Source: Octopus sinensis
Taxonomy: Eukaryota
Assembly: GCF_006345805.1 (NCBI RefSeq)
Contig: NC_043003.1
Span: 30,318,001 to 30,382,000 of the forward strand
Length of the DNA stretch: 64,000 nt
Direction: 5' to 3'
The first letter of the stretch is position 1. Every line of letters begins with the position of its first letter. Made by a program: the position numbers and the translations under genes. This document shows positions 39,861 through 52,682 of the stretch, in pieces. The notes beneath the pieces were generated by a model, which made no database searches, had not been told where the DNA came from, and saw only the letters and a list, made by a program, of their open reading frames with translations.

Positions 39861-41345
39861 CAGGTGCTGAATACCATCCCTCCTTCCCATATTCCCACCC
39901 ACACCCCTTTCCCACTTCTCAGAACTGACCCTGTCAATGTAGGCACATTGAAACGTAGGTCTAGTGAGATTGTTAAGATGCTTGAACAGAGGCATGTGAT
40001 GCATGTTGCATTCAAGAGGTGAGGTGGATATGAGCTTCATTCAAGTTCCTGACAGGCAAGACACATAGGTATAAAATCTTTTGGGAAGGTTAGCAACAGC
40101 TGGGTAGGTGATGTGGGCATACTCCTTGCAGAGAAAGGGGTGGATAAGGTCATAGAGGTAGTCAGAGTGTGCAATAGAGTATATAGGCTCAGGCTAGTTT
40201 TGCAGAATAGTATAGCAAAAATTATCTCTGCCTAAGCACTCCCAAGCAGGTCTACCAAATGAACAAAAGGACTGCTTTTATGATATTCTTCTGCAGGCTA
40301 CATGAAAGACAAATGACAATGATCTCATCTTCATAGCTGGGGATTTCAATGGGCATGTCAGGCAGCAGGGAACTGTATCAGATAGCTAGAAGGGAAGCTA
40401 GGAGACATGTATATCTAACCAGGGGAAAAGTAGACAAGATAAGGTTTGCCTATGTCCAGCAACGTGAGGACCAAAGACATGAACTGTTTTGGATTGCAAG
40501 ACAGTGTATGAGAGAAAATTGTGATGTCATAGGTGAGAAATGTGTCCACATGGATGATGGTGCACATGCATTTAATGATTCTGCAAAGAGAGAGGCTTGG
40601 CAATGCCATTATGAATGACTGCTGAATTTGGAGAATGAATGGGAAGAGGAGAGTTTGCCAAATGTTGACCAACTGAGTCAACAGCTATCCAAATCGACAG
40701 TAGTTTAGTAGATAAAGCAATTAAGGACATGAAAACAGGAAAGGCTCCTGACCCATCAGGTTTTTCCACTGAGATGCTTAAAATATCTGGCAGAGTAGGA
40801 TATAGCCTAGTCACCATAATCAGGTTGTCAACAATTGGTGTAGCAGCATCATAATCAACTACTACAAAGGCAAAGGTGACACCTTAGACAGGAATAATTA
40901 CAGAGGCATAAAACTGCTGGACCAGGTGATGAAAATCACAGAGAGGGTCATAGTTCAACTAATTTGGGAGAGAATTAGCATAGATGAAATGCAGTTCAGA
41001 TTTGTGCCAGGCAGGAGCACAATTGATGCTATATTCCTAGTTCGGCAACTTCAGGAGAAATATCTAGCCAAAAATAAACATCTGTACCTGGCTTTTGTCA
41101 ATTTGGAGAAAGCTTTTGACAGAGTCATCTGCTCCCTTATTTGGTGGTCAATACAGAAGCTAGGGATAGATGAGTGAATGGTGAGAGCTGTACAAGCCAT
41201 GTACAGGGATGCTGAACGTTAGCAATGAGTGTAGCAAGGAATTCAGGGTACAAGTAGGAATTCACCAAGGGTCAGTTCTCAGCCCCCTCTTGTTCATCAT
41301 AGTCTTCCAGGCAATAACAGGAATTTCAGACAAGCTGCTCCTATA
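39784..41345 (+). mobile_element. RTE-clade LINE with intact 5' end but large internal deletions
   Basis: The EN start NVGTLKRRSSEIVKMLEQ..CCIQEVRW is at ~39935-40030, followed by AGDFNGHV. RT motifs: NYRGIKLL, QFRFVPGRSTIDAIF, AFVNLEKAFDRV, HQGSVLSPLLF and LLYANDLVL. Confidence 0.88.
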
Positions 41346-41551
41346 TGCTAATGATCTTGTTCTTGGCTTCAGTCACAAACACACACACACACCTATTGCA
41401 TACATGTTCATGTGCGTGTAAGGGAGAGAGAGGGTATGTTTTTTTGCTTTTGCTTGTTGTTTCTCTCCCTCTCAATCACACCGCACGCACACACACACAC
41501 ATCAATTCCTCCGCTTAACGTTGACTTCAAAAGATAACTTACGTGATCCAA

Positions 41552-41588
<37 letters not shown>

Positions 41589-42869
41589 CCCTGTCTCTTT
41601 CGCTTTTACGCCAACTTTAAGACGGCGATCTTTCATTACAAGAACACACGACTGCTAGTTACAAACCACGTGTGTTTATTTCCCTACATAAATAAATAAA
41701 TAAAACTAGAAAAGAGGGCTGAATTAAATAGAATTAAAATAAAATACATTTCTAGCAAACTAAAGAAATCTGTGGTTACTTAGCATGCTCGAAATAGTAA
41801 CCAATTCTTCTTTCAGTCACAATCTAAGATTATTTATAACAGGACACGTATCACTGAAAAAAAAATGATCGTGGCAAGAATTATCTTTGATTTTAAGCCT
41901 GTTGGAACGCAGTAGAATTGCTCTAAACAACAACTATGTTGAAGATTGTTTATAAATTTATTGGGCAAAACACGAATGTTGTTAGTAAGACGAAGTAACT
42001 CGAGATGCCCTGAAATAGTGGGATTTGAGAGTGAACGAGAGGATGTTTCCTGGGGCTAAATAACTGTGCTACAGAGTTTTCTTTCTATGTAATAATTCAT
42101 TCGGTCGCGATTCCAAGTTTCTCACATGAATTTCGAAGGAGCAATAAATAAATATACAACGCAATGCTTTAACTTTAAACAGATACTTTCTATTTTACTG
42201 CATTTACTTTTACCGACGCTCTTCTACACATATTTTCTCTGACACAAGTTCTAAATATCTACTATATAGAACTCTCTATTGGTTAGAGGTAGGGTTTACC
42301 ACACAAGTACTGACGCTTTCGATATGTCAACTTCAGTCATTTCTGTATTTATAAATTGAATAGCTATTTTATTTTTTGTTTACATATATTTATACTTTGT
42401 TAGTAATTAACTGCTGTGATTAACTTAAGAGATTGTTGATTAACCAAACAAAGACAATAGAAATATCTTGTAAGAAGTAGTTGAAAGTTCTGTCCATTAA
42501 TTTCAAGTTTTGCCACTTCAGTACATCTTTATTTCATGTTATAACTACATTGTTTTGTAAGTAATATTTATATATAATTTACACAATTCTTTTATACTAA
42601 ACTTCTTCTATCAGTTACACCATTCCTGCTCTCTGTTGTTTTATCTCATGTTTACTTCATTCTCTCTAATTTCTTGCTTTTGAAATTTATTATTTTTTTT
42701 AAGGATATGTTTTCATTTTTTAAATTCTGCTTTCTCTTTGTTTTATAAACATACATCAGACATTTGCATGTCAGCGAGAAATTCAAAAGTGCAATCAATT
42801 GATTACTACATTCCATAATATCAAATTTGTCTTTGTTTAATATTTGCACTGGCTACGGAATAAAATACT

Positions 42870-44591
42870 AGTGGGGAGTAGAGTCTAATGGGTCAGTGGG
42901 ATATAATGAGTCATTTGCCCAGATTTCCATAATTTTTTGTCAACTCCAAACCAGAAAGTATGATGTAGCAGCTATTATGAATTGTATCATCCCTCCTGCT
43001 ATTAATATAAATGTATCTTCCTGGTGATTCCTTTTCAAGTTCTTCGGTCATAGACCAACCAATTTTTGATCGTCAAGTAAAACTTCGCGGAGCTGCAAGA
43101 AGTACTATAAATTCGAATTTCTTGTACCATAAGTATGTTCGGAGTATCTTTCTATGTTATGTCGGATAAAGGAAATATCATTGGAAATTATAAAATTCAA
43201 AGTAATTCAAAAGTGGGGTATAATGGACCACTTAAATAGAAGAAAAGAAGTCTTCCACAGTCTACACATATGTGCCAGTGTCTGAACGTGTTTTAGCAGC
43301 ATTATTTCATGTAATTAGTGATATTTACACGGAATCAAAGGGTGGTAAGGTGATTACATCGTTATTCCATGAGGAAAACGGAAGTTAAAATAAGTCATTC
43401 ATGTCGTTATGATAATGTGTTTCATGGAAAATATGCTCTCTCAAATGATAATCTCATTGGAGAATACCATGGAGTAGGCCTCTTGCTTGTAGATTGAGCT
43501 GCTGTTGATGACAAGTTGGTATCCTTGAAGAGCCAGAGCACAAGCTTTCTTTAAGTTTCACTGAATCATCATTTAATTGCTTGAGAAAGCAACAATTTGA
43601 GCCATTGCCCCTGAAACCAGAATTGGAGTCACTGACTCTAACAAGAAGAGGCAGTGTGTCCAAGCTTCCTATGGAAAAGCCCTAACATTTATGAGGCTGT
43701 CAAGTAGCTTTAGATTGAGGCAGAAGAGTGTGCAGCAAAACATGCACCAAAAAAGCATTGGAAGTCTAAGAGTGGAAAAGAAGGAGGGTCACTTGTTACA
43801 AAATGGCAGGAAACATGTAGTACAGTGTGTTACAATAATGATAATGGCCATGATAGTGTAAATTATTTGAAGGATGAGGATGGTGATTGCTCCTTTTCTA
43901 AGAGATTTTGGAGTAGATAATAAGGCAAGAATAATGAAGTTTGGTTGCTGTGTGACCTTTGTGATGATTATGTCTATCCATAGATATTCAAAGGGCAACT
44001 AAGATTTCTGTGAGAAGTGTACAGCTTAACCTGGACTACATGTGCTATATGGAAGATTTTGTTGTGATTGATTTAACCTTCAAAGTGACTGTTGTTTGAT
44101 AAACATGGTGGTTGTTTTTTTCTACTTTGTTGAAAATTGAATTTATTTAACTGTAGATGTCTCTCATATGTTTCTCTAGTGATTGTTATCAATGTTCACC
44201 CAGAGTTTGTCATTTTTATCCAAATACTGCTCTCTGTGTCACTCCATTTGTCGAAACCCATTATGCCCCACCAAATATTTAAATTTTTGATATTTACAAC
44301 AGTTCAAATACAATTAAGTCTATGAATTGAGTATTCAAAATTGCTTCCTGATCCATCGAATGTACTTATCCAAATCATAATGCACTTTTTGAGATTGTAA
44401 ATCCATTTTAACTGTTATATGTTGGTTTTTATTTGACATAGGCACAGGAGTGGCTGTGTGGTAAGTAGCTTACCAACCACATGGTTCTGGGTTCAGTCCC
44501 ACTGCATGGCACCTTGGGCAAGTGTCTTCTATAGCCTTGGGCTGACCAAAGCCTTGCGAGTGGATTTGGTTGACAAAAACTGAAAGAAACC

Positions 44592-44646
<55 letters not shown>

Positions 44647-44935
44647 TATGTATGTATGTGTGTGTCTGTGTTTGTCCTCCCAGCATCACTTGAAAACCGA
44701 TGTTGGTGTGTTTACATCGCCGTAATTTAGCGGTTCAGCAAAAGAGGCCGATAGAATAAGTACTAGGCTTACAAAGAATAAGTCTTGGGGTTGATTTGCT
44801 CGACTAAAGGTTGTGCTCCAGCATGGCTGCAGTCAAATGACTGAAACAAGTAAAAGAGTATTGTTTTCAAAATTTTGGAAAAATTGGCCCATTATGCCCC
44901 ACCCCACCTTACTAACTTGAACAAGAGTAAGCCAT
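42870..44935 (+). mobile_element. Highly degraded pogo-like element interrupted by a SINE
   Basis: Inverted gtgggg..ataatgg / ccattatgccccac motifs; THMCQCLNVF (HxLQPLD-like) at ~43260; C-terminal WLLCDLCDDY (PHD-like) at ~43940. Confidence 0.4.
44441..44860 (+). mobile_element. Near full-length tRNA-derived SINE with an internal (TA)n/(TG)n tract and a CR1-like 3' tail
   Basis: Head ggcacaggagtggctgtgtggtaag..gggttcagtccc; body ggcaccttgggcaagtgtcttct; tail gtgctccagcatggctgcagtcaaatgactgaaacaag. Confidence 0.88.
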
Positions 44936-45549
44936 TAATTCTTCACATTATGCTGTCAACTCAGAAGTAAATACAAAGACAATAATAAGTGTTTTGGATG
45001 CAACCGTATTTAACACTGAATTATACAGCAATGGTGCTGTCAATTAATATCAAACAAATTTCAACTCATTATATTGCTGCTGCAATGGATTTAAAGATTT
45101 TCTGGGCACTAATGATTGTTTATATCAAATGTAGATTTGTAAATCTACAAAATGATAAATAAAAAGGGTTGAGGAAATAAAAAAAGGTATGTTCTGGAAG
45201 TACTTGTAAAAGTACTCTTGAAATACTGTGAAGTTCAGTGAAGTTAACATCAAAGGAAAGAAGCAGTTACAATATTTCCTTGGACTCGTCAGTTTCTATA
45301 GATGTGTTAATCATCATTAGAACTCCATATTGTTACTTGCATCACTGCATAAATATTCCAGTTTCATTGGAAAACCAACAAGAAAAGAGGTTTGAGCATA
45401 TAAAGCTTATCATCATCATTTTAACATACACTGCTATCTACTATTGTGTACTCAGTATATTTTATTGTGCCAACAGTACCAGTGAGATTGCCTTGTACCC
45501 TATAAGGTCAAGACTCCTCACTACTCTGTGATTTCCATTTATCCAAGGC

Positions 45550-45756
45550 ATAAGAAAGTAGTATCCTCACAGACACAGGAAAATATGGAAGAAAAATCAC
45601 ATCCTTGTGATATATATGACAAGTTATACATAACGAGAAAGAATTTAATGCAACATAAATTAAGCCACTCAGTCTCCAAGTTGTACCACTGTGAAGTCTG
45701 CGATAAAAGATTTACTAGAAACAGTTTGTTGATACGCCACAAACGTATTCACAAAG
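45550..45756 (+). pseudogene. Truncated duplicate of the first two fingers of ZNF-B
   Basis: About 205 bp with ~7 substitutions versus 46853-47060; finger 1 has CDIC changed to CDIY. The flanks are unrelated to those of ZNF-B. Confidence 0.85.
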
Positions 45757-46489
45757 AGAGAAACTGTCAGAAGAATGAGTGTGAGTGAAGAGAGTAAGAG
45801 CATGAAGGAAGAAACAGAGGTGTGGGTAATGGTCAGGAGATGGTTGAAAGTTACATGATTGTTTGGAAAAGAAATTAGTGGCAGCTACATAATTATTAGT
45901 GTGGGAGATTAATTGTATAATGATGATGATGTTGATGATATATATAAGATGGAATCCCTGTCAGTTTTGATGTATAAGGATCTGACTACGTACACTTTCT
46001 TCATCAGTTATGATTATGTTGAATGTTACATTTGAGTCTTGTCAATGATTTGCAAAGAAGCCTGCAGCTTTTGCAAGTATGAGGATTATGGGTAAGTGCA
46101 GGTGGTATATTTGCAGCTGCTTTTCTCCTTTGCTTTGCACCCCTGTTAATGCTGGGTGAAACAAAGTCTCTTATACCATTTTGTCATGACATACATGCAT
46201 GCATGTGTGTGTGTGTGTGTGTGTATAAAAACGTGGATTTAAAAATGGGGGGAAATAACTAAAGTAAGTGAATTTCAATACAGGGTGGAATGTTTCAGTG
46301 TAAGAGAGGAATCAGTTTTCAAGACTGTCTTCATTCTAAGATTCACGACTATAGTCCTTACCCAGATTCACCAGAACTCTATACCAGAATGTCTTTTCTC
46401 TGTAAACATCTTCTGACTATTCCTTGCTATTCTAACTTTCAGTATGTGTGGTCAAATATTTTCTCTCTAGTAATCATAATTTTGCTGTC

Positions 46490-46580
46490 TCTTATGTTGT
46501 GTTCTTTTTAATTTCAGGTTATCTGCTGATATTGAGATAAAAATCTTTCACTAATGACGATCAACATATTTATCAACATA
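46490..46580 (+). promoter_or_regulatory. 3' splice acceptor and leader exon of ZNF-B
   Basis: cttatgttgtgttctttttaatttcag|gttatctgctgatattgagata (AG at 46516-46517). Confidence 0.65.
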
Positions 46581-46848
46581 TGAAAACTGATGTTAGCTGT
46601 ATTTGCAGTGTTTGATTGAATGTATGTCACATTGTTTGCAAAAATTCTTACACAAATGTGTAACAATTAAACTTGGAAGATTAACCATAAAATTTTAGCT
46701 GTATGTACTTTCGTAGCTGTACTTCTTAATTGAAGCAAATTTCACAATCCTATAGTTACAAAATAAATCCACTTGAAGTTTCTTAATAAAAACCACCATG
46801 CTTTAAACACAACCATCACAAAAAGAACATATAGATTAAAACAAAGTT

Positions 46849-48153
46849 ATGAATAAGAAAGTAGTAACCTCACAGACACAGAAAAATATGGAAGAAAAAT
46901 CACATCCTTGTGATATATGTGGCAAGTTATACATAACTAGAAAGAATTTAATGCAACATAAATTAAGCCACTCAGTCTCCAAGTTGTACCACTGTGAAGT
47001 CTGCGATAAAAGATTTACTAGAAACAGTTTGTTAACACGCCACAAACGTATTCACACAGGAGAGAGACCATATCATTGTGATATCTGTGGCGAAAGATTT
47101 TCTAGAAGTGGCAATTTGTCTCGACACAAACATATTCACACAGGAGAGAAACCATACCACTGTGATATTTGTGGTAAAACATTCTCTGATAGTGGTATAT
47201 TGTCTTCCCATAAACGTGTTCATACAGGAGAGAAACCATATCCCTGTAATATTTGTGGTAAAACATTCTCTCAGAGTAATGTCCTATCTACCCACAAACG
47301 TATCCATACTGGAGAGAAGCCATACCTTTGCAATATTTGTGGTAAAACATTTTCCCAAAGTGGTAGTTTGTCTTCCCACAAACATATTCACACAGGAGAG
47401 AAACCCTATCAGTGTAATATTTGTGGTAAAACATTCTCTAGAAGCAGTAACCTATATGCTCACAAACGTAATCACACTGGTGATAACCCATATAAATGTG
47501 ATGTTTGTGGCAACACATTTTCTCTAAGTCGTGACTTATCTTCCCACAAACGTATTCACACAGGAGAGAAACCATATCACTGTGATATCTGTGGTAAAAC
47601 ATTCTCTCAAAGTGGTAATTTATCTCAACACAAGCATATCCACTCAGGGGAGAAACCATACCATTGTAATATTTGTGGTAAAACATTCTCTCAGAAAGGT
47701 AATTTATATCAACACAAACTTATCCACACAGGAGAGAAACCATACCACTGTGATATCTGTGGTAAAAGATTCTCTCAGAAAGCTATTTTATCTAAACACA
47801 AACGTATTCATACAGGTGAGAAACCATATGAGTGTGATATCTGTAGTAAAGCATTCTCTAACAATAGTAGTGTGTCTCGACACAAACGTATTCACACAGG
47901 AGAGAAACCATTCTACTGTGATATATGTGGTAAAACTTTCACTCGGAGTAGTAGTTTAGCAACCCATCAATATGTTCACATTGGAGAGAAACCATATCAC
48001 TGTGATATCTGTGGTCAAACATTTTCTACAAATAGAAATATATTAAGTCACAAACGTATCCACACAGGTGAAAAACCATATCACTGTCATATCTGTGGCA
48101 AAACATTCTCTAACAGTGGTACTTTATCTCGACATAAGCATATTCATACGTGA
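46849..48153 (+). CDS. Tandem C2H2 zinc-finger protein (ZNF-B), 434 aa, 15 fingers
   Basis: Uninterrupted C2H2 array with TGEKPY linkers. The N-terminus SQTQKNMEEKSHPCDIC..TRKNL.QHKL.HSV.KLY is shared with ZNF-A. Confidence 0.95.
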   Translation: MNKKVVTSQTQKNMEEKSHPCDICGKLYITRKNLMQHKLSHSVSKLYHCEVCDKRFTRNSLLTRHKRIHTGERPYHCDICGERFSRSGNLSRHKHIHTGEKPYHCDICGKTFSDSGILSSHKRVHTGEKPYPCNICGKTFSQSNVLSTHKRIHTGEKPYLCNICGKTFSQSGSLSSHKHIHTGEKPYQCNICGKTFSRSSNLYAHKRNHTGDNPYKCDVCGNTFSLSRDLSSHKRIHTGEKPYHCDICGKTFSQSGNLSQHKHIHSGEKPYHCNICGKTFSQKGNLYQHKLIHTGEKPYHCDICGKRFSQKAILSKHKRIHTGEKPYECDICSKAFSNNSSVSRHKRIHTGEKPFYCDICGKTFTRSSSLATHQYVHIGEKPYHCDICGQTFSTNRNILSHKRIHTGEKPYHCHICGKTFSNSGTLSRHKHIHT

Positions 48154-48744
48154 GAGAAATATACAACCAATTTTACAGTATATTTTCTGGAAATGATTAA
48201 TTATCTAGACCATGTTATGTTAAATCAAGAAGAAATCACTGTGATATTTGAGGTAAAACTTTTTCTATGATTCATCTGACATATTTGAATTTATTTATGT
48301 ACATTTATGGACATTAATTTGAAATAAATGATCAGAAAATTTCTATATGGAATGTAAATGAGTGTCTTTGGAACAAGATAAACAGTTGTAACTTTGTAAA
48401 AATCAAATGCAAATGAATTATATTACTTCTAGATAATACTGTGGAGTTAGTGGAAGAAATGAACATGCATAGAGCACAAAACATTTAATATGACACAAGT
48501 TACAATATTGTTAGGAGTAAAAATAAATAGAAAAGGCGTAACAATGCAGAAATATATATAAAGTGAAGATATGTTTTCCATTTAATAATTGAGCACTAAG
48601 TAGGTGACTCAGTCAAATCTTGAGTGGTGTAGATATAAATTTGTATTTCTGCATTAAGAAATATTAGTTTTGGCTTGGTTACCTATGTTGTGCTTCCATG
48701 ACAGTGGCACTTATCCACAACTATCACATGATATCAAGAGAAAG

Positions 48745-48897
48745 AGACATGCACACAATGAATTCCTTTCAGTTCACTAGATCCACTAACAAGGCTTTGG
48801 TTAGCTTGGGGCTGAAGTAAAAGACAGTTGGCCAATGTGCCTCAGAGTGGGATTGAACCCAAAACTATGTGATTATGAGGCAAACTTATTAATCCTG
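48745..48897 (-). mobile_element. SINE fragment
   Basis: The reverse complement matches the head and body of 44441 (gggttcaatcccact..ccaaagccttgttagtggat..aactgaaag). Confidence 0.7.
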
Positions 48898-49759
48898 CAG
48901 ATACACACACACAAACACACACCTCTATTTCATGCCACAGTAGTAGTATTACATTAAAACAACCATCTATGTAACATGCTTTATGTAAATTGTCTGAATG
49001 TTATATTTCTTATGGATTTACTGTCTTTAAAAACACAATATATATTGAAAGGAGGCAAAAATTAGACTAGTAGCAGCTAGTAAGGATGCTAGATGTATTT
49101 CTGTTTCATTGGGCATTGTCAATAGCATACTCAGAGTTTTGTTTTGAATGTTATGTTTCTACATGTATCTTTTTACATTTGCATTTGTGTTTGTGCCTGA
49201 CACACTCATTACTCATAATTCTCACTGCATCCACCCATTACTCTTCTACGTCTCTTTCTCTCATTGACTCTTTCCCCGTGGCTTCTCTGTACCCTCTCTT
49301 TAGCTCATGCTTAGACAAAATTTATCACTGCTAATATATAAAGAAACTATATATATTTGTTGATACTGTGAATAACTACCCAGCTGAATAAAAAATGTTA
49401 TATGCAACAGAAGTAACATTAGATTAAAACATCCATCTATAAATTATATTTAATGTACATACATTGAAGAAAGACAAACTTATTGCAGTATTCTGCAGAT
49501 ATCATCTCTTATGAATATAATGTGTTTATCTTCAGACAAGTACTGTTGTATATTTGCCTTTCAGTTATGTATTTTGGTTAAGTATGATACATAAATAGAA
49601 ATATACATATAAAGTTTTAAAACTGAAACTGAGTACTTGTCTTACTACTTTAGTTTCATGCTACTGTGATCTTCATATATACATATATGAATAACTATGA
49701 CATAAAACATGAGTGATTGAAACAAGACAAAGCAGAAATTGGTAAAGATGAAGTCTGCT

Positions 49760-49915
49760 ATCCTGATCATGCATTTCTTATCATATTAATTCCAATCCTG
49801 AATGAGTGCAAGCAGTTATTAAAATGTATCAATCAGCAAATAAGCCAAGCATACATAGATATTTGAGAATGGTCATGTATTTTGCAAAATTTATTTCTAA
49901 TTCTTCACCAATTCT
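49760..49915 (+). mobile_element. Small Gypsy/Ty3 pol remnant
   Basis: VQAVIKM..SIHRYLRMVMYFAKFISN resembles the RT-RNaseH connection KVxAIxxM..VRSFLGMVNYYxKFIPN. Confidence 0.35.
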
Positions 49916-51029
49916 TTTGTGTTTTGATAGAAAACAAAGATTAGTAAAGAAGGGTGAAAGGGTGCAAGAAGCTAGAAAAGCTGTGGGAAGAGGGTCAATG
50001 AAAGAAAGACAGTTGAAGGATGATGTGGATAGGAGCCAAAGAGAGGATACAGAGAAGCCACAGGGAAAGAGTCAATGAGAGAAAGAGAGGTAGAAGAGTA
50101 ATGAGTGAATGCAGTGAGAATTATGGGTAATGAGTATGTCAGGCACAAATGCAGATGTAAAAAGATACATGTAGATACATAACATTCAAAACAAAACTTA
50201 TGAAAATTTAATAAGAATTTACAAATGGTTTCATTTAAGTATAGATGTCACCTTCAATTTTACTACAATCAATTATTTGGGCATTATATTGACCCCCATG
50301 ACTGGCAAGATTTACCTCCATGACAAGCTTAAGTAAAAGGTTCTGTGAATTCACAGCAATCCCCACAGCCTTTGGAGACAACATTGGTGAAAGAATCTTT
50401 GATTTCTCCTCAATCAGAGATATCTTCTGTAGCACTGCATTCTATTACACTGATGCAATAAAGAGTGGCATTAATGAGAACTTAACATATATGAAGAATC
50501 CCTCACCCCACCTTTGAAGAGAACTTTAGATGTCTTTACAAAGAAATTCGGAAACTTTCTCTGAACAGAATCATTTCCTTAGCACTCATAAATATCACGA
50601 AGCTTTATTAAGTGCATTATGCCAATATTTGTTACTCCTCTCTAAACGACCATTCTTTCAAAGCACATACTTTCAAGCAAATAAATTACATGTATGGTAA
50701 AATTGCTGAAGTCATTCCCACTGTTCAGTGAGGGGTTCTATCTTTCTAAGCCTGGTTTATAGGCTGCACCTCACTAAACCTAATTGTTTTCCAAGGAAAT
50801 CCTTGGGACTTGCAGTTAAGCTTTCAAGAGAAATCCACTCAGTAGATACACTTTATCAATGCTATTCATCTACATCCACTAACTTTTGACTGTATTTTCT
50901 TAGAATTTTACTTCAAAATATTAACACAATTTATATTCCTTTTTTCCCTCCTTTCTTATAAAATTCTCTTCACAATTATACATTACCACCTTTATATCCT
51001 CTGCTACATGAAACAAACACACACATATA

Positions 51030-51180
51030 TATACACGATGGGTTCTTTCAGTTTCCATATCTACCATATCTACTCACAAGGCTTTGGTTGGCCCAAGGCC
51101 ATAGTAGAAGACACTTGCCCAAGGTGCCACACAGTGGGAATGAATCTGGAGCTATATGATTGGGAAGCAAGCTTCTTTAT
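51030..51180 (-). mobile_element. SINE fragment
   Basis: The reverse complement contains ggcaccttgggcaagtgtcttctactatggcc..ccaaagccttgtgag..aaactgaaag. Confidence 0.8.
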
Positions 51181-51639
51181 TTCAATATTTTTGCAATTAA
51201 GGCATTACATTGAGGGGACACTACAACACATGTGGGGACATATAACAATTAAAAATATATTATGAATGACACGTGAAAACGAACATGAAAAACAAATTAA
51301 AATTATGATAATATGCATGATAGTTGAAAATGAAAATATGAAGAGTGCTACTTACCCCACACTGAGCAACACCACTTGCCACCTCAGTCCTAATTTCCTT
51401 TTGGTCTCTGTTCCAGTTCCGCTATTGCTCCATGACTGCACTCTCTCGTAACCTTTTTCACTGGAGGAGGGGTCTTCTAGATTCTGAGGTGTCTGCTCTT
51501 TTTTTTTTCTGTGGTGAAATGGGGTGGGTGGGGCTGAGTGGTCTTGGATGGGATGGAGTTGGACTGGGGTACCACATCATACTCAGTGTTCTTTCTTTTT
51601 TTCTTTTCTTCTTTCTACTCTCTGTTACTTTCCATTCTT

Positions 51640-52430
51640 CCTCCTTTTCCTCCACAATGTGGTACTATACCCACACTCTAAACACAATTTCTCCCAACAT
51701 CACCATCTCTGCCAAACTCTCCAGTTGTTTCTCCTCCATCTGTATAATTAATTCTAGTGTCTTCCCTTTCCACCCTCCTCCTTCTGTTTCTGTGGCTTGA
51801 AGGACAGCCACTTTCTCCTCACTTCCAACAAGGACATCTGCCGCCACCCAATCCACTTCTATATCAGGTGGGATTGCTTCTACCCTTACCTTGGAAGTCT
51901 TTCTTCCAAGGTATGTGGACAGAAGCACTACTTCCTCTGTTTTCACCACCACACTCCTCGCCTCCTCTACTGTCCTAAATTGGACGACCATTGTCCCATG
52001 TCTCCTTCTTTTAGTTATGTATATTATTTCCTTTGACTGCTCCCTTAGCGCCTTTTCCATTTCAGCTTCTACCTGCTCAGCCTTTTTTCATTTTAATGAG
52101 AACACCTTATAGGTGATTATTTTTCTCTCCATCCGCTCCATAATTCCTTGGGGGGGCGGGGCACAACCTCACATCACGTCCCACCTGTACCATCTTCTCA
52201 TACCCTTTCAGACCAGCCAAGTCCAACACCCTTTGCTTCATCTCCATGGCCTCAGCAAAACTCCTTGTCTTCTCCAACACTCCATCCATCTTTATGACTG
52301 CCCTTACCAGCTCCTCCTCTGCTGAAGACAACTCAGACCTGCTAAAGTCTGAGTACATCATCTCTACCGTCAAAGCAGCAAAAAAAAAAACGTGCGACTT
52401 GCACACAAACGACAAACCAAATGCACTCTG
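51640..52430 (-). mobile_element. Probable non-LTR retrotransposon ORF1 (gag-like) remnant
   Basis: Charged, RRM-like ORFs 52107-52415 and 51665-52060 (VVQFRTVEEAR, KVRVEAIPPDI, VFRVWV). Family not established. Confidence 0.35.
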
Positions 52431-52682
52431 GGTGATGCATGCACAGAAGCAAGCTTCTTACCACACAGCCACACCTGCACCTATTATATATATATATATA
52501 TATATATACATGCATATATGGGTACAAGATGTCACCAACAGTTCAAATAACATGAAATATGTAAACAAGTTAAATACGTAAACAACAAGAATAAAATGGA
52601 AAACAGGACAAGTAAACACAGAGCAAGGATCCTTCATCAATTGTCAGCTGCCTATCTACTCCTCATATATATATATATATAT

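Noticed and set aside
42300-42345. Minus-strand hammerhead-like string CUGAAGUUGACAUAUCGAAAGCGUC
   Set aside because: The core has A9 changed to U, stem II is barely formed and stem I does not pair (A opposite A). It may be a fossil but is not supportable.
45265-45300. Minus-strand CUGACGAGUCCAAGGAAAU
   Set aside because: Stem II and the GAAA motif overlap and no stem I/III can be formed; likely chance.
50200-50700. Short ORFs (50235-50435, 50320-50517) and similar ones at 63583-63974
   Set aside because: No recognisable domain or convincing splice pair; cannot be called from sequence alone.
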